Positions 51,561 through 64,000 of a DNA stretch of 64,000 nt are shown here, in pieces. How positions within the stretch are numbered: position 1 is the stretch's first letter; each line of letters begins with the position of its first letter. The position numbers were made by a program, and so were the translations under genes. The notes beneath the pieces are model-generated. The model did no database searches. It was not told the DNA's origin and worked only from the letters and a program-made list of their open reading frames with translations. Location of the stretch: NCBI RefSeq assembly GCF_001194135.2, contig NC_068982.1, forward strand, positions 96,348,819 through 96,412,818. The letters run 5' to 3'. Origin of the DNA: Octopus bimaculoides. Its lineage: Eukaryota.

Positions 51561-51611
51561 GTTTATATGGTCAGATTTGTTGATATTTCTTACAACTTGG
51601 CATAGTATCTC

Positions 51612-51612
<1 letters not shown>

Positions 51613-51652
<40 letters not shown>

Positions 51653-52195
51653 GAGTGAGAAAACAGTGCATGCCATCAAAGTGACACTGGGGTACAATTA
51701 TACAAAGCTCAATATACCCATCACGACTACCCATCTGATAAGAGTACACCAGGCACATGCATCACAACCACATGTACGTGACATGGTAATCTTATATCAA
51801 GTTAAACAGTGCATGACCTTGCAGGTGGGGCCCAGTTAGAGTTTTCGTCAGGTTGAGTAGCCCATCCCACTCAAAAGGTTCCTTTATTAAAGTTTGTTTA
51901 AGGATGATGATTGAAACACCCATGTTTCCAGAGATGAATAATTCAAAACCCAAAGAATTCTTCTCAACACATGGCTATGATGCTCCCCTACTACTTCTAC
52001 TCATGATCAGAGATGCACATATCGTCAGTCACTAAGGGACATGCTCAACTGGTTATGGTCAAACAACTGACAAGCAAGTCTGTGGTATTGAGCAGAATAT
52101 TTACTGTAGCCCATCTTTTATACCAAGACAAAACAACGTACATGATAACACTTCCAGTCAGTTAAGATCAGAAGCCATGAGAGCCACTGCCTGGT
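51613..52195 (-). mobile_element. Non-coding 3' fragment of a retroelement with a (TAA)n tail, inserted in an ATT microsatellite
   Basis: Island of higher GC bounded by (ATT)n at 51613-51652 and 52199-52222; family and orientation are inferred. Confidence 0.45.
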
Positions 52196-52819
52196 ATTTT
52201 ATTATTATTATTATTATTATTTTTATTCATAATTAATTATGGCATTTGTATTGTTCCAGTTCCTGCTTATTTCATTATTTACTCTGTGGAACATAGTTCC
52301 TTATTTTCTAATCTTTTGTTTAAGTTTTCTAAATTTGGTTGCTTGAGTCCTGAGTTTCTATTTAAGTTCCTCTCTATTATGGCAGAGTGTCTCTTTTTTC
52401 AAAGATCAAAGACCATGATGCATTTTCAATATTCCATTCTTATATCCTTCTCTTGTAAAACATGAAAGTACCTACACAATCTTTTGTGCTGTTTTTGTTT
52501 GCTTCTGTTAGTTCTGTTTTAATTTTTGCTTTCTTTGTTACGGCAGCGTTTAGTAACCTGTTTGCCTGTATAATATTATAAACCTATTGTATCCTGCTTT
52601 CATTAACTTTATCTGTGACTAAATCTTTCTGATTATCTGTTTAATAGAATCTTATCCAAATTCACCTTTTATAAAGTCGTCTTCTATTCTTGTTGTGTCT
52701 TTGTTTCCTCAATTGTCCATCCATTTTTCTCACCATTCACTTCTTTTGGTAGATATTTTAAGGCTTTTCATGCAGTTCATTTCCTTATTTTCTGTTATTA
52801 GTTATTGAATAGGCATCTT

Positions 52820-53180
52820 CTATTATAGTCTGTGAGTAGAATTTGGGAGATGTAAAATGTAATCTAATTAACAGTTGGGGTGGATGTACCAAAAGCAGTG
52901 TAGCAAGAGTAAGAATGAGATGGAATAAAATTCAGGGAGCTATTACTTTTCTGATAAAAAGGAGTTTCTCTTTACAGTTAAAGAGAAGACTGTTTGATGC
53001 CTGTTGTTGCATTGTAGCAAGATATGGATTTTAAAATACAGAATATTTGTAACGGCTAGAAATAAATGATGGAAATATGTGCTACTGGTTGTATAATGTT
53101 TAGTATACATGGAATGATGGAGGTATAAATGAATTAAGAGAGAAACTGGGGATAAGAGAAATTGCATATAGTGTGCAAGA
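52820..53180 (+). mobile_element. Decayed RTE LINE fragment (thumb region)
   Basis: GGCTKSSVARVRMRWNKI...SFSLQLKRRLFDAC matches the RTE GGC..S..ARIR..W.KF...F.L..KG.LY.AC pattern. Confidence 0.6.
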
Positions 53181-54719
53181 AAGATAGTGCTGTGATGTCT
53201 ATAAAGAATGTCACTTTGTAATTAAGAAGTGGTGTGTGTGTGTCTGTCTGTCTGTGTCCATGCCCATGCTCATGCATATGTGTGTATTTGTTTCTTTTCT
53301 TGACATTGTGCGATATTTGTCAACTAATATCACCGTCATACAAGTGGTGTGATTCATTTGCAACCTTTTGTGATTTGCTTTCATATTTGAAAGACCGAGG
53401 GAAATATTACGTTGTCTGGTAAAAAATGGAAGTCAGTAAAAGGAAGGGCATCTGACCCTAGAAAATCTGTCACAGTGAATTTTGTCTGACCCATACAAGC
53501 ATAGAAAAGTGAATGGTGCTGATGATGATATATATACATATATATAAATATAGTGGTTCAGCAAAAGAGACCGATAGAATAAGTACTAGGCTTACAAAGA
53601 ATAAGTCCTGGGGTCGATTTGCTCGACTAAAGGTGGTGCTCCAGCATGGCCACAGTCAAATGACTGAAACAAGTAAAAGAGTATCTATCTTTTGCTAATG
53701 TATATTGAGAAAAGACATAAACATCAACAAAAAAGTCAAAAGATTGATGATTTACAAATGAAGTTTAAGTTGTTCCATATTCAGTTAGACATTCCTTTAT
53801 CTCTCTCACTGTCAAACATACAGTGAACCTACAATTGGCTTGCTTGGACCTATCATCAATGATGCTTTCTGTCACAAAGTGTGATATATAAAAGAAATAA
53901 CACAAGTATTTATGGTTGACTTTAATTCTGTTGTCACTCGTAAAATAAAATGGTAACCATGGGTGCCAAAGAAAAATTTATTTTTATTGTTATTGTTATG
54001 GTCATTTCATCTTCTTACCTGTTTGGATCTGTAGGAAGGGTCTACGTAGTTGAGACTAATTTTCATTCTTTATTGATTATAAATAATAGAATTGATCCAC
54101 TTCATAATTAATAAACATTTTTTTACATCTGTGCATGACTTCTAGATGTCTAAGTGATGAGTTAAATAAACCTTTAAGGTATCTGATTTGGTGTATCACA
54201 TAGTTATTGGTGTTAGTAGCAGAGGTGGATGGTAGATGTTTTAAGAGACAGTTTAATGATGTAATAAAATTCATTACAATACTAGGCCATCACCTTTGTG
54301 TGATAGGCTGGTAAAATGTTACCTAATTAGTCTCCTGTATATTGCCACTCATCTTTCTTGATTAGTTTGGGCACTAATTTCCATCTTATCAAACAGCTGT
54401 TAGCATTTCACCAGGTTGTTTATTGGACTAGTTTGTCATGCTCCCTAATCTCATGTTCATCCCAACCTGCCTTGTCTAGCAGTGATAGTATTTTATGTCT
54501 TTAACATTTGACATCAATATTAAATAATTAAGTTTTTATCACTTATTTTCCTCTCATAATTCTACATCAGCAGTAATGGCAATTTTGAGCAATTAAGGTG
54601 TTTTGCAATAAAAATGGTATAAACTAGCTTCTTTTGAACAAGATGAATTATGTTACATAAATTGCCAGGAGGTTTTTGTTGCCTTCTTTAGCTCTGTGAG
54701 CATATTTGACTTGATACTT

Positions 54720-55045
54720 GTAAATTAACAAAACAGGCTGGAGTCAATAAAGAAGGTTGGATGCAATTGTTCTTTCAACTGCTAGGCTGTGGCACTTTTT
54801 CACACAGCTATCCTCATCCATTCTCGCCAAATGACCATACCAGCACAATCGTCTCTCTTGCACACCACAACTGATGCTTCTTAGGTCCAACTTTTCTCTC
54901 AAGGTACTTACACTCTGTCGAGTATGCACACTGACATTACACATCCATCGGAGCATACTGGCTTCATTCCTTGCGAGCTTACACATTTCCTCAGCAGTCA
55001 CAGCCCATGTTTCACTGCCATGTAGCATGAGATTAATAATTTCCT
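54720..55045 (-). mobile_element. RTE-clade LINE 3' fragment
   Basis: MLHGSETWAVT...RNEASMLRWMC...LREKL...QERRLCWYGHLARM. Confidence 0.9.
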
Positions 55046-55316
55046 CTGTAAAATTATTTACCTTCCTTTCTTCTACCAGTTTTTTGTTCAGATTTTCCTG
55101 ATAGTATTACACCCTCACGTGATGAAATATCTCTAAATACTTTGTTGATAACTTCATGGTTTCTTATGATGGTAATTTGCATGGCTTCATACTACAGCAA
55201 TACATGCTAACTATTAATTTTCTTCCAAAAATGGCTTGAGTACCTTCAAGTAAAAAGTTCAAAATTTTGGTAACATTTGATTGAAAAATTCACAAGAAGG
55301 TTATTGATGCTGGTAC

Positions 55317-55726
55317 CTGAAGTAAGTCTGTAAGAATAGAATTCCTTGTATTCTCATCAAGAAAGTAAATTTTATCATGTTTATCTGTTATAAGTTTAAG
55401 ACTTGTGTCTTTACCAACATCTGCAGGTTCTAGGTCACAGATACCTTCATTAGACAGTAATGATAAAAACTCAGTAAGACTTTGCTTCATTTTTGGCAGA
55501 TATGTTTAGTGAGTTTAAGTAACCATTCTGTGTATAATTCCTTGCTAAACAGTCAGTAGTTGCTTCACAGAATTTACCATTGAATCTAGATTGTACCATA
55601 GTAAGCTGCACTAGTAAAAATATTTGGACGATAACTGCCACCACTGTAAACTTATTCTGCTCTGCACTTCTCAGTGCTTAGTCATTGTAAAACACCTGCT
55701 ACATTTCCTGCTGCTATCTTAAATAC
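55317..55726 (-). pseudogene. Decayed exon-like segment with ankyrin-like motifs
   Basis: Strong acceptor TTTATCTCCCTTCTGTTTCCACATAG and donor CAG|GTACCA; VFKIAAGNVAGVLQ*...NIFTSAAYYG, then a frameshift to ...EFLSLLSNEGICDLEPADVGKDTSLKL...LLQ; five stops along this path. Confidence 0.35.
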
Positions 55727-56689
55727 CTATGTGGAAACAGAAGGGAGATAAATCAACATGACTTTCATTTGAAGTTGTAGGTTCAGTTTGTTGAGAAATT
55801 ACTGTTGCACAATATTATCTGTTACCATCATCATTTGTCCATTTTTCCAGGCCAACATGGGTTGGACAGGTCACACAGTATCTCCTCACTGCCCACCACA
55901 GTCTTTCTACATCAGGCACACACAGCAATAGAGAAATACCAGCCAACTCTACTGTTGTGTCATTAATTTGGCAGGGTTTTTATAACCAGATGCTCTTTCC
56001 ATCACCAACACTTCACAGCATGAACTGATGTCCTAAAACCACCTTAGTTACGTTTGTACATGTGGAGCACTGTCCTTGCCTCCTTGCCCTGTCAAGCATT
56101 TCCCCCACATCTCATCCCCGTACACCCACCACTTCTCTAAGTAGTGGCTTCTGAAATCACTTGAGAGCAGAATAGACACATAATACATCTCTCTCTCTCT
56201 CTCTCCTGTACCATTTCCATTTCTCATTGCCTGCCCTAATTCCATCAATCACCTCCTTTTCTCCTTCAGCTGTTGCTCTTTTCTGCTATATTCCATTCTT
56301 AACACCTCTCTTATCTACTGTCACTGTCAATGCCTTTTCACATCTACCATCACACCCCACTTACCATAGTCCCCCCCCCCGACATCTCCCAAGCCACTCC
56401 TATATTTCTTTCCATCACTTGTTACATGTACCCCTATCCCCTCTCCACAATCCACTGTATTTTGATATGCTCTAACATCCCACCACTACTTATGTCTTTC
56501 CAGCTTTCCAATTATTCAGCTTTGTCTTTCCATCATGCTTAAGCCTCTCCAATACCTGGCATAGAATCTTACTCCTCTCAAATACTACCCCCTCCCTATA
56601 TAGTTGAGGAGGTTTTTGCCTTAATTTTCCTTTCCCTCCTTTTTCCTTCTTGTTCCTTTCTTTCTATTTGCATTGCAAGTTGCTTGGCA

Positions 56690-56878
56690 ACTTCGCTTGT
56701 GCTGGTGGCATGAAAAAAGTACTAAGGTTGGCCTTAGAAAGGGCATCCAGCTGTAGAAACCACAACAAAGCTGACATTGGAGCGTGACATAGCCTATCAG
56801 CTCACTGGATCCTTTCAGGCCATCTAACCCATACCAGCATGGAAAACAAACATCTGACAATTATGATGATGATGATCA
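56690..56878 (+). mobile_element. RTE-tailed SINE 3' part
   Basis: AGAAAGGGCATCCAGCTGTAGAAAC...AACCCATACCAGCATGGAAAA...(GAT)n. Confidence 0.7.
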
Positions 56879-58209
56879 ACACTAGACGGTGCTCTCAACT
56901 AAACTACAGACCCTTTTAAGCTGGATCAGGTTTTATTCAGTTGCTACTCTTCTAAATATTTTTCTCTTGCTCTGATATATTTTTCAATATTGGAGTGAGA
57001 GGAGAGCAGAGTACATGTGTTTGCAGTATAGAAGTATTGCTACCTCATGAATCTCTAAATAATCATTAATAAAAAAGGATGATAATGGAATTATTCTTTT
57101 CTATATCATTAGCATCCTAGGCTGAGCAACTATGTCTCTCCATAACACTACTGTACTCATTGATATAAGAAGATATTGTCACATGGGCTAATCACTCTCT
57201 AGTATGATTGTGTGGATAGGAGCATTGGTTATCAGTGTGAGCATATTTGAGAGTTGGTCAGATATGTGTGGTCATCTCAAGTAGTTTTAGCCAAGAGATT
57301 TTTACTAATTGAATGGTGATGCATCACACATATCTCACTATTAGTAAATAGAAAGAAGAAATGATAGATATGAGAGAGAGATAATGATGAAAGAAGACAA
57401 ATCAAGTGGCGTTTTAAAATTGAAATGTTTAATTGAAGATTCTTTGCTTGATTCAACCATTTGCCTTCTTGAAACTTCAACTCCAAATATACATCTTACC
57501 AACAAACTCTATCTTTGTGCACCTTTAATTTAGAGAATTTTGCCTGTCAAAAGATAGCCATGTCATTGAATATTCATATATATGTACACAGCTTTCAGAA
57601 ATGCACTTATGTAAAACATTCACTAAAGAAAGCAAAAACATTCAAAACAATAGGAAATATTTGCTTTTTGAACTGAAATACTTTGTTGTTTTTCCCCACT
57701 TCCCCCCGTTTTGCTCCCATTATCTCCAAATTTGTTTAAATAGCTTTTGTCAATATCCTTGTTAAGGTGTTAGGAATCAGCATGTGTGTGTGTGTTATGA
57801 AAATTCTTTTCAGAAAGTCTTTGAAATTGTATTTCTAAAAATATCAGTGAGCTAAGACATACATGTAGAATTTTTCTTTTTGATTCTTAATTTTGTGATT
57901 CCTTCCACAGTCTGCATTATTGTGATGAGTGATGTAAAATGTTGGAGAATCACATATTACTAACAGATGTTGCACATTGTCTGCTCATTGCAGATGTATT
58001 CACTTGACAGTTAAACTATATCATCATACTTACATACACTTAAATACATACACACACATTTTTGTTTTACACATGTCTATATAATGATTATATGTAATGT
58101 ATATTCATATGTGTAATGATATGTTTGAAATATTAAACTTCATGGATGTGTAGCTCAAAATATTGAGTATCCTTTTGTTTTAGTAAACTAAAAATAAACT
58201 TCTCATATT

Positions 58210-58252
<43 letters not shown>

Positions 58253-58352
58253 NNNNNNNNNNNNNNNNNNNNNNNNNNNNNNNNNNNNNNNNNNNNNNNN
58301 NNNNNNNNNNNNNNNNNNNNNNNNNNNNNNNNNNNNNNNNNNNNNNNNNNNN

Positions 58353-59930
58353 TATTAGGACTTTGGTTTTAGCTAGGTTGACTCTAAGGCCCTTCGATTC
58401 TGTTCTTGCTTCCACACCTGAAACTTCTCCTCTAGTTCTGATAGTGACTCGACAATTAGTGCAAGGTCATCAGCATAGAGGAGCTCCCAGGGGCATCCTG
58501 TCTTGAATTCCTGTGTTATTGCCTGGAGGACTATGATAAATAGGAGGGGGCTGAGGACTGAAACTTGGTGGACTCCTACCTCTACCCGGAATTCTTCACT
58601 GTACTCGATGCCAACCCTCACCTTACTGACAGCGTCTCTGTACATGGCTCGCACAGCTCTCATTAGCCGTTCTTCTATCCCTAGTTTCCTCATTGACTAC
58701 CAGATAAGGGATCGGAGGACTCTGTCAAAGGCTTTCTCCATGTCAATGAAAGCCAGGTACAGAGGTTTATCCTTGGCTAGGTATTTCTCCTGCAGCTGTC
58801 TTACCAGAAATATAGCATCAGTGGTGCTTTTCCCTGGCACAAACCCAAACTGCATCTCATCTAAACTGACTCTCTCCCTAATTAGTTGGGCTATGACCCT
58901 CTCCTTGACTTTCATTACCTGATCTAACAACTTGATACCTCTGTAATTATTTGTATCTAATACATCACCTTTACCTTTTTAGCAGTTGACTATGGTGCTG
59001 CTACACCAGTCATTGGGTATGGCTCCTTCATGTATCACCTGGTTAACAATACGGGTGACTAGGCTATAGCCAACACTGCCAGATATTTTGAGCATCTCTG
59101 CAGTGATTCCTGATGGGCCGGGGGCTTTCCCTGTCTTCATACTCTTAATAGCTTTATCTGCCATGGTACTGTCAACTCGAATTGCTGGTCCCTCTGTTGG
59201 GTTGACATTCGGCAGACTCTCTTCCTCCCATTCATTCTCCTTATTGAGCAACCTTTCGTAGTGGTGTCTCCAAACCTCTTTCTTTGCAGCCTCGTTTAGT
59301 GCAAGCAAACACATTTCTCTCCCACGACATCACGATTCTCTCTCACACACTTTCTTGCAACACAAAATACCTCAAGTCTTTGGTCCTTATGGCGCAGAAC
59401 ATTGGCAAAGTTTTTCTTATCTGCTTCCCCCTCTGGCTAAATAAACCTGTTGCTTAGCTTCCCTTCTGGCAGTCTGATACAATTCCCTGCTACCACCATT
59501 CTTCCAGTCCTTCCAAGCCTGTTTCTTTTGTCTAATAGCCCTGTCTACAACATTGTTCCACCACCACGTTATTTTGGGTCGAGAGGGGATTTTGCACCAT
59601 CCACAGATCTGGTCAGTGGCCCTCAGCAGGTTGTCCCGTAGCCTGGGCTGAGGGGCATAGGCCGAGATAATGGTTGCTAACCCATGGCGAAGGACTAATC
59701 TAATTTTAAGTATTCTATCGCATACTCTGGCTACCTCGATTACCTTATCCACCCATTTCTCTGCAAGAAGTATACCCACGCCCCGACCCCGTCTTTGTTC
59801 CCTGCCCAGAAAATCTTGTACCTGTGTTCTTTGCCTGTGAGGAACCTCCTCTCCACCTTACTTCTTAGAGGCAGCAGATATTGACACGTCTCCGTTCAAG
59901 CATCCGTTTCCGTTCAAGCATCCGTCTCCA
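58353..59930 (-). mobile_element. RTE-clade LINE (partial APE + RT), fragmented, internally deleted
   Basis: TIISAYAPQ (APE); KTGKAPGPSGITAEMLK; QFGFVPGKSTTDAIF...LAFIDMEKAFDRV; GVHQVSVLSPLLF; ELLYADDL; runs into the gap at 58352. Confidence 0.95.
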
Positions 59931-59948
59931 TTATATATATATAAATAA

Positions 59949-60233
59949 ATAAATTTATAGTTTTAGAGAAAAGAACCAAAGTTCATGAACTTATCCATGA
60001 AAATCCACAGCCACATATAGAAAAATTAATAAGTAAATGCACGATAAATAAGTATAATATGATACAAAGTAAATATCATAAGATAATGATAATATCTTAT
60101 GATATTTACTTTGTATTATATTATACTTATTTATGGTGCATTTATTTACTTATTAATTTTTCTATATGTGACTGTGGATTTTCATGGATAAGTTCATGAA
60201 CTTTGGTTCTTTTCTCTAAAACTATATATTTAT
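59949..60233. repeat. Long foldback (inverted repeat with ~135-bp arms and a 7-nt loop); probable MITE
   Basis: 59956-60085 is the reverse complement of 60093-60226 apart from 3 substitutions and one 4-nt indel; TA-rich flanks. Confidence 0.9.
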
Positions 60234-60332
60234 ATATTTTATACTGTGAAACTTAATTTAATTTTAATTTTTAATAAATTGACTTTAATTGAGTTTTTAC
60301 CTGTAAATTTGAATTTTTATCCCTAATGTTAT

Positions 60333-60375
<43 letters not shown>

Positions 60376-60830
60376 GTACATATATACATATATATGTTTA
60401 TTTCAATGTATATTTACATGTATATACATGTATGTATATATATATTGTTAGATAAGTGAGGAACGTGGAACTTGAAGTAATGAATAGGAACAAAAAAGTT
60501 TAGCTCTACTTAATATATTTTATAGTTCTTGTGTTTGTAAATTGAAACATAGAAACAGATATTAAATTAAATGCTTTCCTGTGTGTGTGTGCATGCTCGT
60601 ACATACCTGTTTGTGCACATGCACCTCCACCTCTGTATACATTTACAAATATGTGTATTATGTCTTTTAGTTTTTGAAGTGTTTTAAAGCTTTTGTAGTC
60701 CTGATCTTGTTGGAAGATCTATCTACTCATGAGTTTTGTGTACGCATTGTGTTTGTGTCTTCACATACGTTAATGTCGTTTTGCAGAACATACATTTTTG
60801 TTTATATCATCATCATCGTCATTTAATGTC

Positions 60831-60865
<35 letters not shown>

Positions 60866-61856
60866 AAAATGAATGGGAAAATGAAAAAAAGCCAGAATGC
60901 TGAACTGGAGCATAATTTAATAAAGATTTTTTCTAACCGGTTTTCATTGCGAGGAAGCAAATTATCAAGAAGAAGGAGAATGAAAATGTTTTTTTTACAA
61001 AGAAGTACAAAATGAAGAAAATAATATATAAAACAATAATATATAAAAAAATAAATATACTCATACATTATATTGTCTTTGAGCGTTTGTAGTTCAATAG
61101 TAGTTCATGTATAAATTGGTAGGAAAAATAAGGATGCATGAGGGTTGAGAGTTTNNNNNNNNNNNNNNNNNNNNNNNNNNNNNNNNNNNNNNNNNNNNNN
61201 NNNNNNNNNNNNNNNNNNNNNNNNNNNNNNNNNNNNNNNNNNNNNNNNNNNNNNNNNNNNNNNNNNNNNNNNNNNNNNNNNNNNNNNNNNNNNNNNNNNN
61301 NNNNNNNNNNNNNNNNNNNNNNNNNNNNNNNNNNNNNNNNNNNNNNNNNNNNNNNNNNNNNNNNNNNNNNNNNNNNNNNNNNNNNNNNNNNNNNNNNNNN
61401 NNNNNNNNNNNNNNNNNNNNNNNNNNNNNNNNNNNNNNNNNNNNNNNNNNNNNNNNNNNNNNNNNNNNNNNNNNNNNNNNNNNNNNNNNNNNNNNNNNNN
61501 NNNNNNNNNNNNNNNNNNNNNNNNNNNNNNNNNNNNNNNNNNNNNNNNNNNNNNNNNNNNNNNNNNNNNNNNNNNNNNNNNNNNNNNNNNNNNNNNNNNN
61601 NNNNNNNNNNNNNNNNNNNNNNNNNNNNNNNNNNNNNNNNNNNNNNNNNNNNNNNNNNNNNNNNNNNNNNNNNNNNNNNNNNNNNNNNNNNNNNNNNNNN
61701 NNNNNNNNNNNNNNNNNNNNNNNNNNNNNNNNNNNNNNNNNNNNNNNNNNNNNNNNNNNNNNNNNNNNNNNNNNNNNNNNNNNNNNNNNNNNNNNNNNNN
61801 NNNNNNNNNNNNNNNNNNNNNNNNNNNNNNNNNNNNNNNNNNNNNNNNNNNNNNNN

Positions 61857-61904
<48 letters not shown>

Positions 61905-63486
61905 CATATCCTGAGCTGACACAGACTAACACATATTTCTCTGTTACTCATGTTTTTTAAAAAATTTATTTATCTCCACTTTTCCCTTGTAACTGTATTT
62001 CTGAAGTACTTAAGCTCAAAACATCAAAAACATTTCTGTTTAAAATTCTCATTAACTGTTAAAAAAGTAATTACATTTTGTTTTGCTCTGCCTTCACTTT
62101 TATTATTCTCTGTATTAATTAAAACACATGCACACACATAGTTTTTGTGTGTGAGTATGCAAGGGAAAAAAAATCAAGATAGTGAGAAGGCAATGAAAGT
62201 AACTCTTGAAATTTTAAATGTACATTAGATATTGCAAATACTCACACACATACATACACATATCTTTGAGGCTGCATATGAAGGTACAAGAAATAAAAAG
62301 AGTTTGGACAAATATATGGGAAGTCTGTAGAATTAATTAATGGCCTTTATATGTGTATATGATATATTGATGTGTGTTTATTTGGTGTAGAGCACAGATG
62401 TGATTTATATATCTGGAACAAATTTGAAATGAATAATGTCTGATAACTATAACTGATGCTATGGAAACAATTTTACTATTGTTAAAACCATCTCTGGTTC
62501 GTTAGTTTTCTTCATAGTTCTCATTCACTCACTCTTTCTGTAAACTCTTCTGTTAACTGTTATAAAAACATGGGTAGAGAGAAAAAAAAATAAAAGAGTT
62601 TAATATGAAAATAAGTCCATTATAGCAATCTCTTTGTCTCTATAGTTTTACTGGTCTTCTGTGAAATTGAAACTTTGCAATTTATGTAAAGTTTAAGTAA
62701 CCCATGACAGTGTGCAACAGGGATTGAAAAAGTAATTGATGAGGTTGACAATGATGATGCTGATGATGGGGGGGGGCAGTTGTATATATAGTAAAATACG
62801 TGTTTACTATCATTTGTGTGTTTGTGAGAGAGGGGAGGGGCTAACTGAGACAATTTTCAGAGAAGTTTAATGCTATTATTGCCAAAAACACAAGCATCAT
62901 TTCCTCATTTACCCTTTTTACTAAAATATAGAACTTTTGGAAATTAATGGTGTTGTTTTTGTTGTGTATTCCCTATTACTTCTGCCCAGATTTGTTGCAT
63001 AGAACAAACTAATTGGGCATCAAAGATCAACTCATAGACTCCAAGCCAATGAGCAAGCCTCTATGTGGTCACTGAACCTGCTAGAAATAGCCCTCAACTA
63101 TTCCTCAAATCATGCTCAACCATCATTGGTTTTAGAATGTTGTGCTATTGTTCTATTTTGACTCAAATTAAGCCTTGATTGAACAACTTATGAACAATAG
63201 CATTCCAAATGTGATCAACACTCATTTTGTTCATTCTTTTTTTTTTGTTGTTGCATATTTAGGACTATATTGCTCAGTGTGCCCTTTCTTTTTTAAGGTA
63301 GTATAGTGTTAGGGCAATTTACCTGCTATTTCTAGTAGGTTGAGTGACTACATAGTAGCTCCTTTTATCTTAATTGATTGATAATGTTACTAAATGTTTG
63401 GATGTAATGGGCAAGTAATTATAATGTTTTGATAGTTTTGACTTCTATTCTTTGTGGTTAATGTTTCACTCTGAGTCAGTTCTGAC

Positions 63487-64000
63487 TAGGGCTCGGAACC
63501 GGTTTTATAAAACCGGTTAAAACCGGTTTTATATTATGATCAGTAAAACCGAAACGGATTTGCCAAAACCGATTTTAATGCTTGTTGTTTCTATTTTTTT
63601 TTTCCACAAAACATTTCTCCATTTTTTTTCTTTTGAAGAAACATCGTTGAAACTGAACTAACTGAACTGTTGTTGGTCACCTTTAGTTGAGAGCGCTGTC
63701 TGTTTCATTGAAACATATCGCAACATATCAATTCTCACCTTCTCTCCCCTTGAACCTTAAATCAGCACCTTGTCATTTCCTTCGCTAACCCCTGGCTGAC
63801 TCTTTGAATTTGGAGGTAACCGAGTTTATTCATAGCAAGTCAAGGGGACGCTGTTAGTCTTCAGTCAGGTGATCTTTCCCGTTGAGCATATGTAATAATC
63901 AGTTCCAGATTAATTTCAAGGAAGTAACACTAACTAAATTTTTTCTTAATAATTTTCATTAGCCCTAACATGATAAAAAGAAAATCAACTGTTTGGAATT
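63487..64000 (+). mobile_element. Left end of a probable hAT-type DNA transposon
   Basis: TAGGGCTCGG terminus followed by clustered subterminal AACCGGTT/AAAACCG motifs; abrupt CpG-rich shift; right end not seen in the window. Confidence 0.55.

Noticed and set aside
54019-54055. Minus-strand exon candidate LNYVDPSYRSKQ with donor CAG|GTAAGA
   Set aside because: No polypyrimidine acceptor for this frame and no phase-compatible partner; the 10-nt microexon alternative cannot be tested by eye.

Overview
AT-rich, microsatellite- and repeat-dense eukaryotic scaffold with six N-gaps. The SINE/LINE repertoire points to an octopod cephalopod (Octopus-like); this is inference from repeat families, not a database match. 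The ORF track misses the main feature: a + strand gene built from very short exons (57, 61, 30, 126, 55, 74 and 23 nt) spread over about 29 kb (5338-34243). Their splice phases chain into one open frame: KIIDRLHVVVKGYYKAFIKVMHPISIDLNNPYHSLLWHDSTSPFHMMMIAVEFIWLTRLKGLRTNFLLQPSALQVLLDIERKVMLLTKEFPEYLVVHNSLEREKANLASMEAVVSCLLKNSMSPPYDFLMVLKSEVATYKK*. I cannot assign this protein to a family. The rest is mostly transposon debris: tRNA-derived and RTE-tailed SINEs, RTE and Dong/R4 LINE remnants, a non-autonomous Helitron, TTAA-flanked piggyBac-type MITEs, a mariner MITE, a hAT left end, and a decayed piggyBac transposase apparently preceded in frame by a SWIM-like zinc finger. The most interesting signal is at the donor of the 126-nt exon. 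A perfect 11-bp hairpin covers the 5' splice site, and a 38-bp tandem duplication supplies a second strong donor whose use would add an in-frame stop, which suggests a structure-controlled splice/NMD switch. Other highlights are a foldback with ~135-bp arms at 59.95-60.23 kb and a decayed ankyrin-like exon on the - strand. No rRNA, true tRNA or CRISPR features are supported.
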